In this document: piece after piece, positions 24,517 through 36,750 of the stretch
Layout of the letters: each line of letters starts with the position of its first letter
How positions within the stretch are numbered: the first letter of the stretch is position 1
NCBI RefSeq assembly: GCF_030684315.1
Contig: NC_081362.1
Location: forward strand, 96,207,187 to 96,271,186
Direction of reading: 5' to 3'
From: Stegostoma tigrinum
Lineage: Eukaryota
DNA: 64,000 bases
Notes under the pieces: generated by a model
What the model was told of the DNA's origin: nothing
Databases searched by the model: none
What the model saw: the letters and a program-made list of their open reading frames with translations, nothing else
Position numbers and translations under genes: made by a program

Positions 24517-25368
24517 GCCACTCTCTCCGTGACTCCCTTGTTCGCTCCACACTCCCTTCCAACCCCACCACACCTGGCACCTTCCCCTGCAACCGCAGGA
24601 AATGCTACACTTGCCCCCACACCTCCTCCCTCACCTCCATCCCAGGCCCCAAGATGACTTTCCACATCAAGCAGATGTTCACCTGCACATCCGCCAATGT
24701 GGTATACTGCATCCCCTGTACCTGGTGTGGCTTCCTCTACATTGGGGAAACCAAGCAGAGGCTTGGGGACCGCTTTGCAGAACACCTCCGCTCGGTTTGC
24801 AGTAAACAACTGCACCTCCCAGTCGCGAACCATTTCCAGTCCCCCTCCCATTCTTTAGATGACATGTCCATCCTGGGCCTCCTGCAGTGCCACAACGATG
24901 CCACCCATAGGTTGCAGGAGCAGCTACTCATATTCTGCTTGGTCACCCTGCAGCCAAATGATATCATTGTGGATTTCACTAGCTTCAAAATCTCCCTCCC
25001 CCGCTGCATCCCAAAACCAGCCCAGCTGTCCCTGCCTGCCTAACCTGTTCTTCCTCTCACCTATCCCCTCCTCCCACCTCAGGCCGCACCTCCATTTCCT
25101 ACCTACTAACCTCATCCCGCTCTCTTGACCTGTCCATCCTCCTTGGACTGACCTATCCCCTCCTTACCTCCCCACTTATACTCTCCTCTCCGCCTATCGT
25201 CTCCTCTATCCATCTTCAGTCCGCCTCCCCCTCTCTCCCTATTTATTTCAGAATCTTCTCCCCATCCCCCTTTTCTGATGAAGGGTTTAGGCCCGAAACA
25301 TCAGCTTTTGTGCTCCTAAGATGCTGCTTGGCCTTCTGTGTTCATCCAGCTTCACACTTTGTTCTCTC
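24517..25368 (+). mobile_element. 5'-truncated Neptune-like Penelope copy
   Basis: GIY-YIG region in ORF 24414..25043, pyrimidine tail, degenerate hammerhead near 25275-25305; possible 9-bp TSD agattttaa. Confidence 0.9.
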
Positions 25369-26054
25369 AGATTTTAATTGTGTTGTCTGTGGCATGTAAA
25401 GGAATATACACAGGACTCATTCAAGGTGATGCAGCTGTTGAATATCATGAATAATTTTACTCCTTCAGACCATCCTATACACCCCAGAACTATTTGCATA
25501 AGTGCTTTCCCTTCCACACTTCACTTCATCTCTGATGAAGAGACACCTAGAGTTAAAACTTTAGCTGTCTCTCTCTCCATGGATGCTGTCTGGATCACTG
25601 TTATCTCCAGTATTTGTTATTTTCAGAACATATCCCAGCATCTGCAATAATTTGTTCCTGCAGCCTCGCATGTCATTGTGTCTGGGATACACAATTCCAT
25701 CCACCAGCTGGTGAGACAGCCTGGAAGCTTTCAGGCAGCAATCACTGAGTTACTTCCTGGATAAACCCTGAACATTTGAAATTATCAAATGTTGCTGCAG
25801 TTGATGAAAGATTAATTTTGGAAACTAACAATGTTTTTAATTTTGTTTGGACAGACTGTAAACAAGCTTCAAAGCCAAAAGTACTGAAGCAATCATTCTG
25901 GGTGATGCCTGTATCCTGGAACATAAGAATTATCAAATGCTGACTGTGGAACACTCTTCGCAGACTGCTTCAACATGATGCTGACTGTGGGACACTCTTC
26001 CATATCCATGCACACTCATTGATGTAGATTGTAAACAGTTTAAGCCTCAGCATT

Positions 26055-26962
26055 TGTTGCAGAGAGGTGGTGCAACTCCTCTGATAATTAAAACCAAAAC
26101 CCCCAGAGAAGCTCCCCTCGCCTTGTTAAAGGAAATGTAAAAAGTGGTACAATCTGCCTCTTTCCACCTAATCTGTTATTAAGGAGCGAATAAATGAAAT
26201 GAATTCCTGACAGTCACTCTATAATCAAAAAGTAACAATTTATTTGCCTAACTCTAACAGTTAACAAATTAACAGAACCGCTAACAATCTGAACAATTCT
26301 CCCTTAGCTACTAAGTTTTCCAAAATATAACGTAATTCTAATGTTATGCTGTTCCAACAGGTATACTTGCCACTTACATAAGTCAAATCAATTAAAATAA
26401 TGAATTAAAACTTAATCTCTCAGAGTTACAGTCAGAATAAGTCTTCCAGGATGTTCTTTGCCTTCTCCACTGTCCTTCGTTCAATTTCTTTCTTCATCAA
26501 ATTTACGTCAGGAATATTAGATATGAGTGCCATAGTACCTTTATTTAGATGGTGCTTACTCTGAGAACGTAGAGATTTCTATGAGAGCCAGTGATTCTTT
26601 CTCTGATAGCTGAGAGCTGTTCTTTTGGCAGATGGCAGTTGATTCTCACACACATTTTCAAATGCCCTCTTCTTTTATATCCTTGATGACATATTAAATT
26701 CTTACAATAGGATTGGTCCAAGATTGTCAAAACCAACAAATTTAAAAATAATTGGGCTTTTATATCTATAGCCTGATTTAAATTAATTGGCTAAATTCAA
26801 AAACCTGTTATTTTGGTAAAAATGTTGCTTTGCCTGCTAAAAGTATAGCCTTTTGTAAAAATGTTTCAGTTTCAAGAACTTTCTGTGCATTTGCTGCACT
26901 CTGCAGACTTTTTCTTTAATCTCCAAACCTTGAGAAATGCATCGTCTTTCAAAGGGATCACA
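26055..26962. mobile_element. Possible solo LTR-like sequence
   Basis: TG...CA-bounded AT-rich block resembling 32756-33309 in character; no TSD found. Confidence 0.25.
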
Positions 26963-29074
26963 CACTCTTTCCCCTATCATTTTACAAACAAATTCTAAAG
27001 TTCTGCCTTCCAATCCGCAAGTGCTTTCCCCAACTTTTCAACACAATGAGCCTGTGACAATCTCTGATTCTTATCCTGTATGGCCTAATGTGACAGAAAA
27101 CCTGTTTAATTTGATTAACTTTTATATACCTTCTGAGGACTTTGGAGTGGGCAATTCATACTGCCTAGCCAGTCATGCCCAATATCAATGAATAAATGGA
27201 TGGAAATCTTCACTAGTTACAGATCAGAAGCAGCACATTCATCCAGGCTCTATTTGTCGTTGTAAAACCATCCTCTATTCATGATAATGTGATCTTCCTT
27301 TCAACATGAACTCACATTGTATAGTGTAAGTTTTGATGTGCTTTGGAAATAAAATGTACCACGTTGACAGATTGTCTCTTCTCCACATTGTGTGTTATTT
27401 TGTCGACAAGATAATCAATGAGTCAAACATATTATCACATTCACAAACCCATTGTGACTTTGCCTGTCTACGTTGAGATTTTGAAGTCTTCTGCTATAAC
27501 AGCCTTGGAAATGGATTTCAGCATTTTCCCCCGAAAGATATCAGGCTGACTCCTCATTAACTTTTACTGGCTTGGAGGGGAACTCTCAGGATATGGTGTT
27601 CCCATATATCTTCTGTATGACCCTGCTAGATGGTAATGGTTGTGGGTTTGAAAGAATCTGTGTAAGGATCTTTGGTGAATTTCTGTAGTGTATCTTACAG
27701 AAGGTATACACTGCTGTTACTGAGCATCAGTGGTGGGGGAAATGGCTGTTTGTAGATACGGTGCCAATCAAGTGGCTGCTTTGTCCTGGATGGTGTCAAG
27801 CTTCACAAGTATTGTTGGGATGTTTAAACAAGTGTTGTGTTGTAGATCACATGGACCATATGCCAATGGGTGAGAGTTCCTCACAACCCCTGCAACTGGA
27901 CAGTGTTACAGTCTGTGGGCACTGCCCTGTGACTGTAACTGTGTAATGCCTGACCCCTTGTTTGTACTTTTCAGTGAAAATAACAATTGTATTTTAGTTA
28001 AATTATCAATATTCACATTGGAGATGAATCACTCTCTTTGCCACATGAAGAATATTTTAAATGGTCTCCAAATGCTGTGAAGAATTTATTTCTCTGCAAT
28101 GAGGTAGTTTTGATCAGACCAACATCTGAAGGACAGATTAAAAATCGCAGGTGAAAGTGAAAGTCACCCAGTGACCCTGAACCAATCCCTCTTCCAATTG
28201 TACATAGAACCAAAGCTTATCTTGGTCAGATTTTGGGGAAACAATGTCAGTGTCGCCTCGAATTAACATCTTCACCACTTTTTATCTGTACACTCCTGAA
28301 TCTTTCTGTCCACATTATCCCTTTAAAACATCCAATTATTTCAGATGGCGATAGCAAGAACTGCAGATGCTGGAGACAGAGACAACACAGTATGCAGCTG
28401 GAGGAACACAGCAGGTCAGGCAACATCAGAGGGGCATGAAAGTTGACATTTCGGGTTGGGACATTTCTTCAGGACCCTTCACATGTGCCACTTTTCTGAG
28501 CAGTGGGTTTTACAACACACTGCCACCATGTTGGATTTAAAGTGATGTTGTTCTGCTCCTCTTGGAATTCATACTGTCTGCTCCATTGGGATTTTGATCT
28601 GTATGAATTTGTATATGGGGTCCAATTCTATATGTTTGTTGATTGCATAATGGGTTGATAACCATGCCTCTAGGAATTCCTATGTGTGTCTGTGTTTGGC
28701 TTGGGCTACATCTATCTCAACTATCCCAGTTAAACTGATAGCCTTCAATGTCCGAGTGTACTGATATCAGGAAAGTTTGTCGTATCATTTTGCTGCTAGC
28801 TGATGCTCATATATATTTAATCCTCGGGAATATGCTGTTGTTGAGGTGAGATTTCCTTCTGGTTTCCACAAAATCTTCTGAAAAGCAATCCTCCATTCTC
28901 TTCATGACAAACCATCGTAAAAGAGAAGGCATAAAATGAATCACTGAGATTATTCCACTTTCATTCTCAACCAAACAAAATCCTGGTAGCTACATCTGAC
29001 CCAGTACTCAGATAAATCAAACGCATTTCTGGTGGTTTTTGTGTGAATTCTGTAGGTAATGTGCATGTCCCATC

Positions 29075-29930
29075 ACCCACAAATGAAGCTGTATCAGAAC
29101 ATTATTTCAAAGAGCCACCACACACTGCAGCACAGAGGAACTACGAAGAGCAGAAGAAAATCACCTGTACAGCGTATTCAAAAAGAAGGGGTACCCTATG
29201 AACATAGTCTGCCGATTTCTCAGCAACAAACCCAAACAAACAGACAAAACATGTCCAGAAACCATAGACACTCACCCCTACATCAAAGACATTTCCGAAA
29301 TGACTGCCAGACTACTCGGACCTCTTGGCATCAGGGTAGCCCACAAACCCACCAACACACTAAAACAGCAGCTAATGAACTTAAAAGACCCTATACAGAC
29401 AACAAATAAAACGAACGTCATCTACAAAATACCTTGCAAGAACTGTGACAAACACTACATTGGACAAACAGGCAGAAAGCTAGCCACCAGGATACATGAA
29501 CATCAACTAGCCACAAAACGACATGACCCACTATCACTCGTATCCTTACATACAGATAAGGAAGGACACCACTTTGATTGGGACAACACATCCATCCTAG
29601 GGCAAGTCAAACAGAGACATGCATGAGAATTCCTAGAAGTATGGCATTCCAACCGGATTGATTTCCACATTGATTTGGAGCCCATCTACCATCCTCTGAG
29701 AAAAAGAACAGGAAATGACATCAGCAATGCAGGAAATGACATCACCAACCCAAGGAAACCGAAACAGATAAATAGAAAGTGGGACATAACACCAGCGCTT
29801 CGTCAGAGGCTCACTGATGATGTTACCTGGAATAGTGACGAAACGTCTGAAAGCTAAGCTTCGAGCTCAGCGAGCAAACTCACATCCAGAACCTCAACCT
29901 GAGCTACAAATCTTCTCAAAACTCACTGAT
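29075..29930 (+). mobile_element. 5'-truncated Poseidon-like Penelope copy
   Basis: ORF 29198..29626 NVIYKIPCKNCDKHYIGQTGRKLATRIHEH (GIY-YIG); terminal region with hammerhead. Confidence 0.9.
29811..29850 (+). ncRNA. Minimal hammerhead ribozyme motif (Poseidon type)
   Basis: tca-CTGATGA-t-GTTAC-ctggaata-GTGAC-GAAA-C-GTC-tga: stem I tca/tga, stem II and intact core. Confidence 0.75.
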
Positions 29931-30951
29931 TTCCAATTTTTGTTTTAGGTAGAGTCTTCAGGAAACAGTTAATACCCTTGTAAAAGGTTCCTCAAATGCG
30001 GGAATTGATATTAAAGATATTGGTATTATCACTGACTGAGGTTTTCCATTAACCTGACATGCATAACATATCTGACAAAATTCAATAGTCCATCCTTCTG
30101 CAGACCAGGCCAGTTTTTGTATTTTGGCTTGAGTGTTCCTTACCCCTAAATGACATCCTACTGGTAATCCATGTGATCTCTGCCAAATCTCCTTTCCATC
30201 ACCTAGAGGTAATGCAACTTGATGAACTTCTTCCCAATTCTCATCAGCTTGAATATGTCATAGTCTCCATTTTCTCAGCAAAACATTGTTTTGCAGATAA
30301 TAACATCCATAAGACCATAATACATAGGAGTGGAAGGCCATTCGGCCCATCAATTCCACTCTGCCATTTAAATCATGGCTGATGGGCATTTCAACTCCAC
30401 TTCCCTGCACTCTCCCCGTAGCCCTTGATTCCTTGTGAAATCAAGAACTTGTCGATCTCTGCCTTGAAGGCATCTAATGTCCCAGCCTACACTGCACTCC
30501 ATGGCAATGAATTCCATATATTCTTCTTCTCTGTATGATTTGGTACAATTTTTCTGAACTAAAAATATCCACTTTGTTTTCCACTTGTTCCTGGTTTTTG
30601 TCTCTCAACCATTGATCAAACATGTTCCCTGATAATTCAACTTTCATAACTTTATTCTTTCATTTCTCCTCCGACTTCAACTTGTGGTTTTGTCATCTTG
30701 TTGTCACATAGTCAGGAAAAGTCCTAGTTGCTTGACTTTCCACTGACTTTTCAAACACACTAGGCAGCACTCCCACCTGTGATCCAGTTCTATCATGACT
30801 CGGGACAAATCGTATTCCTGGAGTCGAGAGCTCTTCCAGCACTTCACTTTCACAGTACAGCTCAACCTTACTTTACATAATGCAACACTTGTCACCTCAA
30901 TATAAATTCCCATATTACCATGTTTTCTTACAATAATCCCTTTGAATTCCA

Positions 30952-31121
30952 GCAGCAGTTGTGGAAGCAAGGTCATTGGGGTCATTTAAGAGACTGCTGG
31001 ACATGCATATGGTCACAGAAATTTGAGGGTGCATACATGAGGATAATGGTCAGCACAACATCGTGGGCTGAAGGGCCTGTTCTGTGCTGTACTGTTCTAT
31101 GTTCTATGTTCTATGTTCTAT
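30952..31121 (+). mobile_element. CR1 3' end with (TTCTATG)n tail nested in the Gypsy relic
   Basis: Near-identical to the reverse complement of 13604-13780. Confidence 0.8.
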
Positions 31122-31436
31122 TTCCTCATTTCTCAACATCAAAGATTGACATGCGCCTGTATCTCTTAATATCATAATTTCTTTACTTCCTCCTCCTCCT
31201 GACATATGCGAGTGAATCTTACCCTCACAAGGAAATGGTTGAAGAAGATCCAGCACTTTCTTCTCAAACAGTCCTTGACCTGCTTGTACATTCTGGTGCA
31301 TCTTTTTAGCATCCACTGTTCTTTACTTCATTGTTTCAACAAAACAGGCTGATCCTGTTTTCCCACATTTGTCTTTCCAGAGCTTTTTCTAAACTATCAA
31401 CACTGTGACTTGATGTGGCTTACTTCATTGCAGTGA

Positions 31437-31750
31437 ATCATATAATCTCTACAGTGTGGAAACAGGCCCTTCGGCCCACCAAGTCCATACCGAACCTCAG
31501 TGCATCCCACCCAGACCCATCCCCCATAACCCACCAAGGCTACACATCACTGCACACTGTGGACAATTTAGCATGGCCAATCCACCTAACCTGCAAAGCT
31601 TTGGACTCTGGGCGGAAACCGGAGCACCCAGAGGAAACCCACGCAGACACAGGGAGAATGTGCAAACTCGATACAGACACCCGAGGCTGGGATCAAACCT
31701 GGGTCCCTGGTGCTGTGAGGCAGCAGTGTTAACCGCTGTGCCACCATGTC
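31437..31750 (-). mobile_element. HE1-like V-SINE nested in the Gypsy relic
   Basis: Same head and core as 15901-16212. Confidence 0.85.
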
Positions 31751-32755
31751 ACCCTGCAACTGAGCCTCGTGTGTTTCCTTTTCACCCTGTGGTAAACTAT
31801 CTTTACTGTCTTCAATGAGATCTCCTTTTCCCTTCCCACCCAAAGATTTCTGTTTTCTCCAATTTCTATACCTCACAGATTGAAATTGATTTCTGAACCC
31901 AAACTTTGATGTATGAAGCAATTCATAATCATCAGCCAGTTCAGCTGCTAATTTAATCACTGTCTGCTCTTCCACATGAGTTCTCACTCATCATGAAATG
32001 GATTTTTGTAATCCTCCAAAATAATTGTCTCTCTAAAAGCATCATATGTTTGATCAATTTTCAATTCAAAATTGACCTGTAAAAATTACATTGTTTGACT
32101 GTTTCAAACTCAATGTTTGACCAGGGTTCCTCCTTAGATTCCTGAGACATTGTCTGTAGGCTTCTGGCAGTAGTTCATATGTACTTAAGATAGCTTTCTT
32201 CACCACATTATATTCTCCAGATACCTCCTCTGATAGTGACTCAAATACATCACTAGCTCTACCTACTAACCTTGCTTGAATCAACCATGTCCACATGGCC
32301 AACGGCCACTTTGTCAAGTTACTTTTTCAAATTAAATGAACAAGACTTCTACATCCTCCTCATTGAATTTAGACAACACTTGGACCTATTTAAACGGATC
32401 CACTGAGCCTTTGGCTACAATGGGTTCGCTCTTCATCACTATTTTCCTCACTAAGCCAACCTACTTTCACCTCACCCTTTTAAGCTGACTTTCCTGTCTA
32501 ATTGCCAACTTCCAAAGATCAACTTCTCATCAATTCCGCTTTTCTTCTCTCTCTCTTCTGCAAAGACCGTCCTCTCCTTTTCTTATTTTTTCCTCTGCTC
32601 TTAATTGTAATTCAAGTTGTTTCACATCCTGTTGGTAGATACCAAGGTGTAGAGCTGGATGAACACAGCAGGCGAAGCAGCACCAGGAGCAGGAAGGCTG
32701 ACATTATGGGCCTAGACCCTTCTTCAGAAAAGTTTTATCTATTTTGTAGGCAGTT

Positions 32756-33309
32756 GTGAGGTGCCTGTTCCGATGTGATGTGGCTGGTGAAACTACTCGA
32801 CGTTAAGCAAAACGTAATTTTTGTAAACAAGCTACTTAGAATTAAAACAAAAGAAAGAGGAATTTAGAATAAATTAACTATTGGAAAACCTAAGCGAATA
32901 ATATGTTAAAAATTAACTGTTCCAATATAGTAACATCCCATGAACACTCTCCTTGGTGAAAATGAAAATTCAGGCACAGACTCTCACATTCGGTTCTCTG
33001 ATCCAGGAGGGACAAAAAAAAGTCAGGAGAAGATTCGGAAGGAATAGCAGCTAGGAGACATTCGCTGAAGCTGCCAACTCTTTGAAGACTCCAAATGCTT
33101 CCGGTAAAAACTACATCGAAAAACTAAAACAAAAACTAGAAAGCCTGGTCTGTGAGAACTGATCACACCCAAGCTGCATCAGTTGTTCCAACTTTGAAAA
33201 AAATGGCCAAGGCCTCATTGAGTTTTTACGTTCTCAGAGATGGCTCGGCATCTCCGCCTTGCAATGTCTCTTCAAAAATATCAGGAGAAAATAACCTTTT
33301 CAAGTGACA
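32756..33309 (-). mobile_element. Probable 5' LTR of the Gmr1-like element
   Basis: TG...CA-bounded block immediately upstream (on the minus strand) of the gag remnant. Confidence 0.4.
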
Positions 33310-33349
33310 GTATTGTCACATCTGCAGATTTAAAGGGTCTTGTTGAACT

Positions 33350-33472
33350 TCAGTTTCTTGCCGGCTTCACAACTGCGTACCCTGAACTACTTTCAGCAGC
33401 TGTCACTGTTGGCCAGCTGGTTCCTTGTACGTGAAAGCGAAGCTCAGCATAAAGACATTCCCCTTCAGCTGG
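33350..33472 (-). CDS. Open terminal cytoplasmic exon with two ITIM-type motifs
   Basis: Acceptor ttttttttcttcaattccAG, then 41 uninterrupted codons PAEGECLYAELRFHVQGTSWPTVTAAESSSGYAVVKPARN*; phase 0 matches the donor of exon 34541-34584. Confidence 0.8.
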   Translation of the reverse strand, partial: PAEGECLYAELRFHVQGTSWPTVTAAESSSGYAVVKPARN

Positions 33473-34540
33473 CTGGAATTGAAGAAAAAAAATCACTCAC
33501 TATTTTTTCTCAGAAACACAAAGAGTTCCTCATTTTAAAAACAGCAAGGCCCCAGCAGCAGGACTGAGCAGAAGCTCGGTTTTGGTGAATGTTGGGAAAG
33601 CGACACACATCACCCAGAGAGGTCAGCAAAATCTGTCTGCTCTCTGCCAAAGTAATGTCTTGGGATGCGTACATCCATTCCAAGGTAACAGAGAGGATCC
33701 GGATTTAACTCTTCATGCAAATACAGAGCAGCACTCTCTCAGTACTGCACTGAACAGTCAGCCCAAACTCCGTGCTCAAATCTATGCAGTGAGGTTTGAA
33801 TTACTATTCATCTGGTTGAGAAGCAAGAGAGTCCCTACTGATCCCTGCCTGGTATCGAAGGATGCCTGGATCATGATCCACCAGGGAAAGGCTGCAGCTC
33901 TGGCTCATTCTCCCTTCTTCATCTTCGGTGCTGAGGTCAATGAAGCCAAATTCCTTTCTCCCCCAACTACGTCCAGCTTATTTGAAGCAAAGCAGAGATT
34001 GAATCTTCCTGACCCAGGGCTTGCTGTGGCTTTCAGCTCCTCACAGACACCAGAAAGGAATTGCTTGGATACTGAGGGAATGAAGAACATTGGGGACAGC
34101 GAAGGAAGGCGGAACTGAGAATGAACTGCAGCCGTATTGCCTGAGTCAGGAGCAGGCTGTGGTTCATTTTCACTTCTTAATCTCAGCCCTCTGAGGGTCC
34201 CCTGAACTTGAACAAACCATCAGGAGGAACGTAGACCCCAGGGCATTCTGTCTGTGATTGCAATCCATCAAAGTGTGAGAGCATTTCGCAGGCACTGGAA
34301 CTTTGTGGACATTTCTGTCCACGCAACTTATCGAAAGATTCAAAAGAAGGAAATGATTAATATATCTTTGATTATTTTCATTCAGAGCCTGTTGTGGAAA
34401 AGAGAATTTCTGATTGTTGCAACTTATGCTTTGTAATTATTCTGGTGATAGTGAAATTCCTCCTGGATGTGGCTCATGTTTCTCAAAGCCCTGGTGTTAA
34501 AAATGCAGCAAAAACCAACAGTGATGTCCCATTCCCTTAC

Positions 34541-34584
34541 CACAACAGGAGGAACAGCTGCTTGTTCACTGCTGTGTGTTCGAT
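34541..34584 (-). CDS. Short cytoplasmic exon of the minus-strand receptor gene
   Basis: ttttctttcAG / 44 nt / GTAAGG; phase 1 to phase 0, (D)RTHSSEQAAVPPVV; weak similarity to plus strand 19890-19915 (acaagcaactgtttcacc). Confidence 0.65.
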
Positions 34585-35738
34585 CTGAAAGAAAATACAT
34601 ATATACCTCTTCAGAATGGACCCTCGTCACGCTCTTTATATTGGGAAAGATAGTGAGGGAAAAATGCCAATGTCATTTTGAGCAGCAAGTTAAGGCAGGG
34701 GAAGGCAGCTGACAGGAATCGTTGGCACTGTTTAATGAGTGTGCAAAGGTTCTTAATGTAATAAATATATGCACATGAAATGCTTTTTTTTCCTCTCATT
34801 TGTGAAACAATGTAAGTTCATTTGTTAAAGTGCATCGGCAATTTCGTGAATGTGTCTCAGTGAATGACTGTAAAATAAAATTTTGTCAATCACTGAAATG
34901 ACATGCTCTAACCGTGAGCGTATTACTCACTTCAGGAATCTAACCATGTAAAATGGATAGTTGGAACAGAGAGTAACTCTTGCCAGATGTTACGATAGTG
35001 ATTGAATTTGTTTAGTTACCATTTATATTGCATAGACAGTGTTCTGATCTTCAACAGGGCCCCTAAGGAATGCCACATGTTAGATTTTTTTGCACATTTA
35101 CCACAGAACAACGTTGTCATCTGCACACGCTCAGTGCTGTTGTGTTTTACACTTTTCACCAAAGACTTTTGAGACCAGCTTTACAACATAAAGGATGATG
35201 AAGAAATTTGGGTCACTTGCAAAAAGAGCAGAATTTGTGTGAATAACACGGGAAAGAGCTTGACCAAAACCAAAGGGCATGCTGGGAAACTTTGCCAAGT
35301 TGTTGTTTCTGACTGTAGAAAGGAGAGATTTCTTCAAGAAACTTGCTGCACTTTCAGCTGGTTCAGACTGAGCAAAGAAATAAATGTTTTACTGGAGGTG
35401 GAGCTGGTCATCAGCAAGAGGAGTTATGATTTTTCTCTCGCTTGTGATGTAATCAGAACATTTTCAGTTCAGGTCCAGCTTTTATTGTTAAGTGGTCTAT
35501 CTGTCAAGGGGCAGTGTCTCTATATCTGAGGCAGATTGTCTGGGTCCAAGACTCAACTGTCTCAGAGGGGGTTCAGAATAGGTTGATTTAGAAATAAAAA
35601 TGAACCCAATCATTTCCCAGTGACTTCTGCACAGTGGAACAAGAACCAACTAAAAAGAGTGATGAAGGATTAACCCTTAGTCTTCAATGGTTAGCACTGC
35701 TGCCGCATAGCACCAGGGGCCTGAGTCCAATTCCACCC

Positions 35739-35836
35739 TGTGAGCAGGACAACGCAGATCAGGACAGCAAAGCCCAGAATAGTACCGATGATTAAAATGG
35801 GATCTGAAGTCCAGGGAATACCATGAGATGATTCTT
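35739..35836 (-). pseudogene. Transmembrane exon of the minus-strand receptor, truncated
   Basis: In-frame EESSHGIPWTSDPILIIGTILGFAVLICVVLLT, paralogous to 17952-18101; acceptor CAG changed to CAA; 3' end replaced by a SINE head fragment at 35688-35738. Confidence 0.82.
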
Positions 35837-36400
35837 TTGTGAAATATCAGAATGTTATACACACAGTTGCTTCAGTCTGAGCAATGTCCAAGATTGTCAA
35901 CAACATTAATTTTGAGATCCTCAGGAAAGTAACTCCCTTCCTGACTCCTCAGTGCCAACCCACTGTCAACAAGGCACAAGTCCGGAAGGGGAATGGAGTA
36001 CTGCCCGCCTGTCTGGATAGGTTCAGCTCTGACAGTATTCATGAAGCTTGACAGCACCCAGGACAATGTAACCCATTTGACTTTTACCACAGCCACAAAT
36101 ATTCACTCTCTCCACCACCAACACTCGGCAGCAGCAGTGCACACGATCTACAAAATGCATTGCAGATGTTTACAAAAGATCCTCAGACAGCACCTTCCAA
36201 ACCCATGACCTCTTCTATCCTGAAGGACAAGGGAAGTAGGTTCATGGAACCACTACCACCTACAAGTTCCCCTCTAAGCAACTTCCCTTCCTGGCTTGGG
36301 AATACCAGGCCTTGATGATCATTCTGCCCTTCCACTGATGAAGAACAGTGGCCATGTTCTCCCTTCCCTGTTCATAAATCGTTTTCTCCCATTGCCTTAC

Positions 36401-36750
36401 CAGTTACATTGAGCTGGCTCCCTGCTCCATAGATGTAGCTCCACACACTGCAGCGGTACACAGCACTATCATTGAGAGTCACATTCACAAGTCTCAGGAT
36501 GTAACCATTCCTGTTGATATTCTAAGAAAGCTCAACACAATCACGGAAACCCTGGACCTTGATGAGGGTGCCATTACCAAATTGGCTTATAACCCCCTCC
36601 TTGTTGCTGCTAGGTCACTGGTCGTGCCAGTGGAAATCAGTGCCAATTACACTGGCATTATACATAGCATACTTAAACTCCCCAGTTTCACCCTCTGGTG
36701 ACCTTGCTGACCACTGGATGCTGGATGGAGGAATGGATCAGATAATGGAC
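36401..36750 (-). pseudogene. V4: full-length pseudogenised germline-joined VJ exon
   Basis: Acceptor gcacAG and donor GTAAGG intact. Correcting two 1-nt insertions gives GPLSDPFLIQHPVVSKVPEGETGEFK(Y)AMYNASVIGTDFHWHDQ*PSSNKEGVISQFGNGTLIKVQGFRDCVELS*NINRNGYILRLVNVTLNDSAVYRCSVWSYIYGAGSQLNVT; five N-glycosylation sequons; not in the ORF track. Confidence 0.92.

Larger units (their letters stand above)
29931..32640 (-). mobile_element. Degraded Gmr1-like Gypsy LTR retrotransposon internal region
   Basis: Gag (WTWLIQARLVGRA...KKAILSTYELLPEAYRQ, 32066..32317), protease ILRDTGACQSL (31104..31316), then frameshifted integrase pieces (GHLGVR...WPGL...C..CQV.GKP...IPAFEEPF, about 29950-30200) directly after the protease; interrupted by SINE and CR1 insertions. 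Confidence 0.75.

Noticed and set aside
33905-34060. Possible extra cytoplasmic exon with decayed tyrosine motifs (VCEEL, DSISALL)
   Set aside because: Needs several assumed mutations and a frameshift; splice sites are non-canonical.
34424-34495. Exon-like stretch just after the 44-nt exon
   Set aside because: The intron would be under 50 nt and the phase-0 frame hits a stop.
8658-36750. Calling the cluster an Ig light chain, TCR or IgNAR locus
   Set aside because: No C1 exon, RSS or separate D/J segments found; V exons lead to TM and ITIM exons instead.
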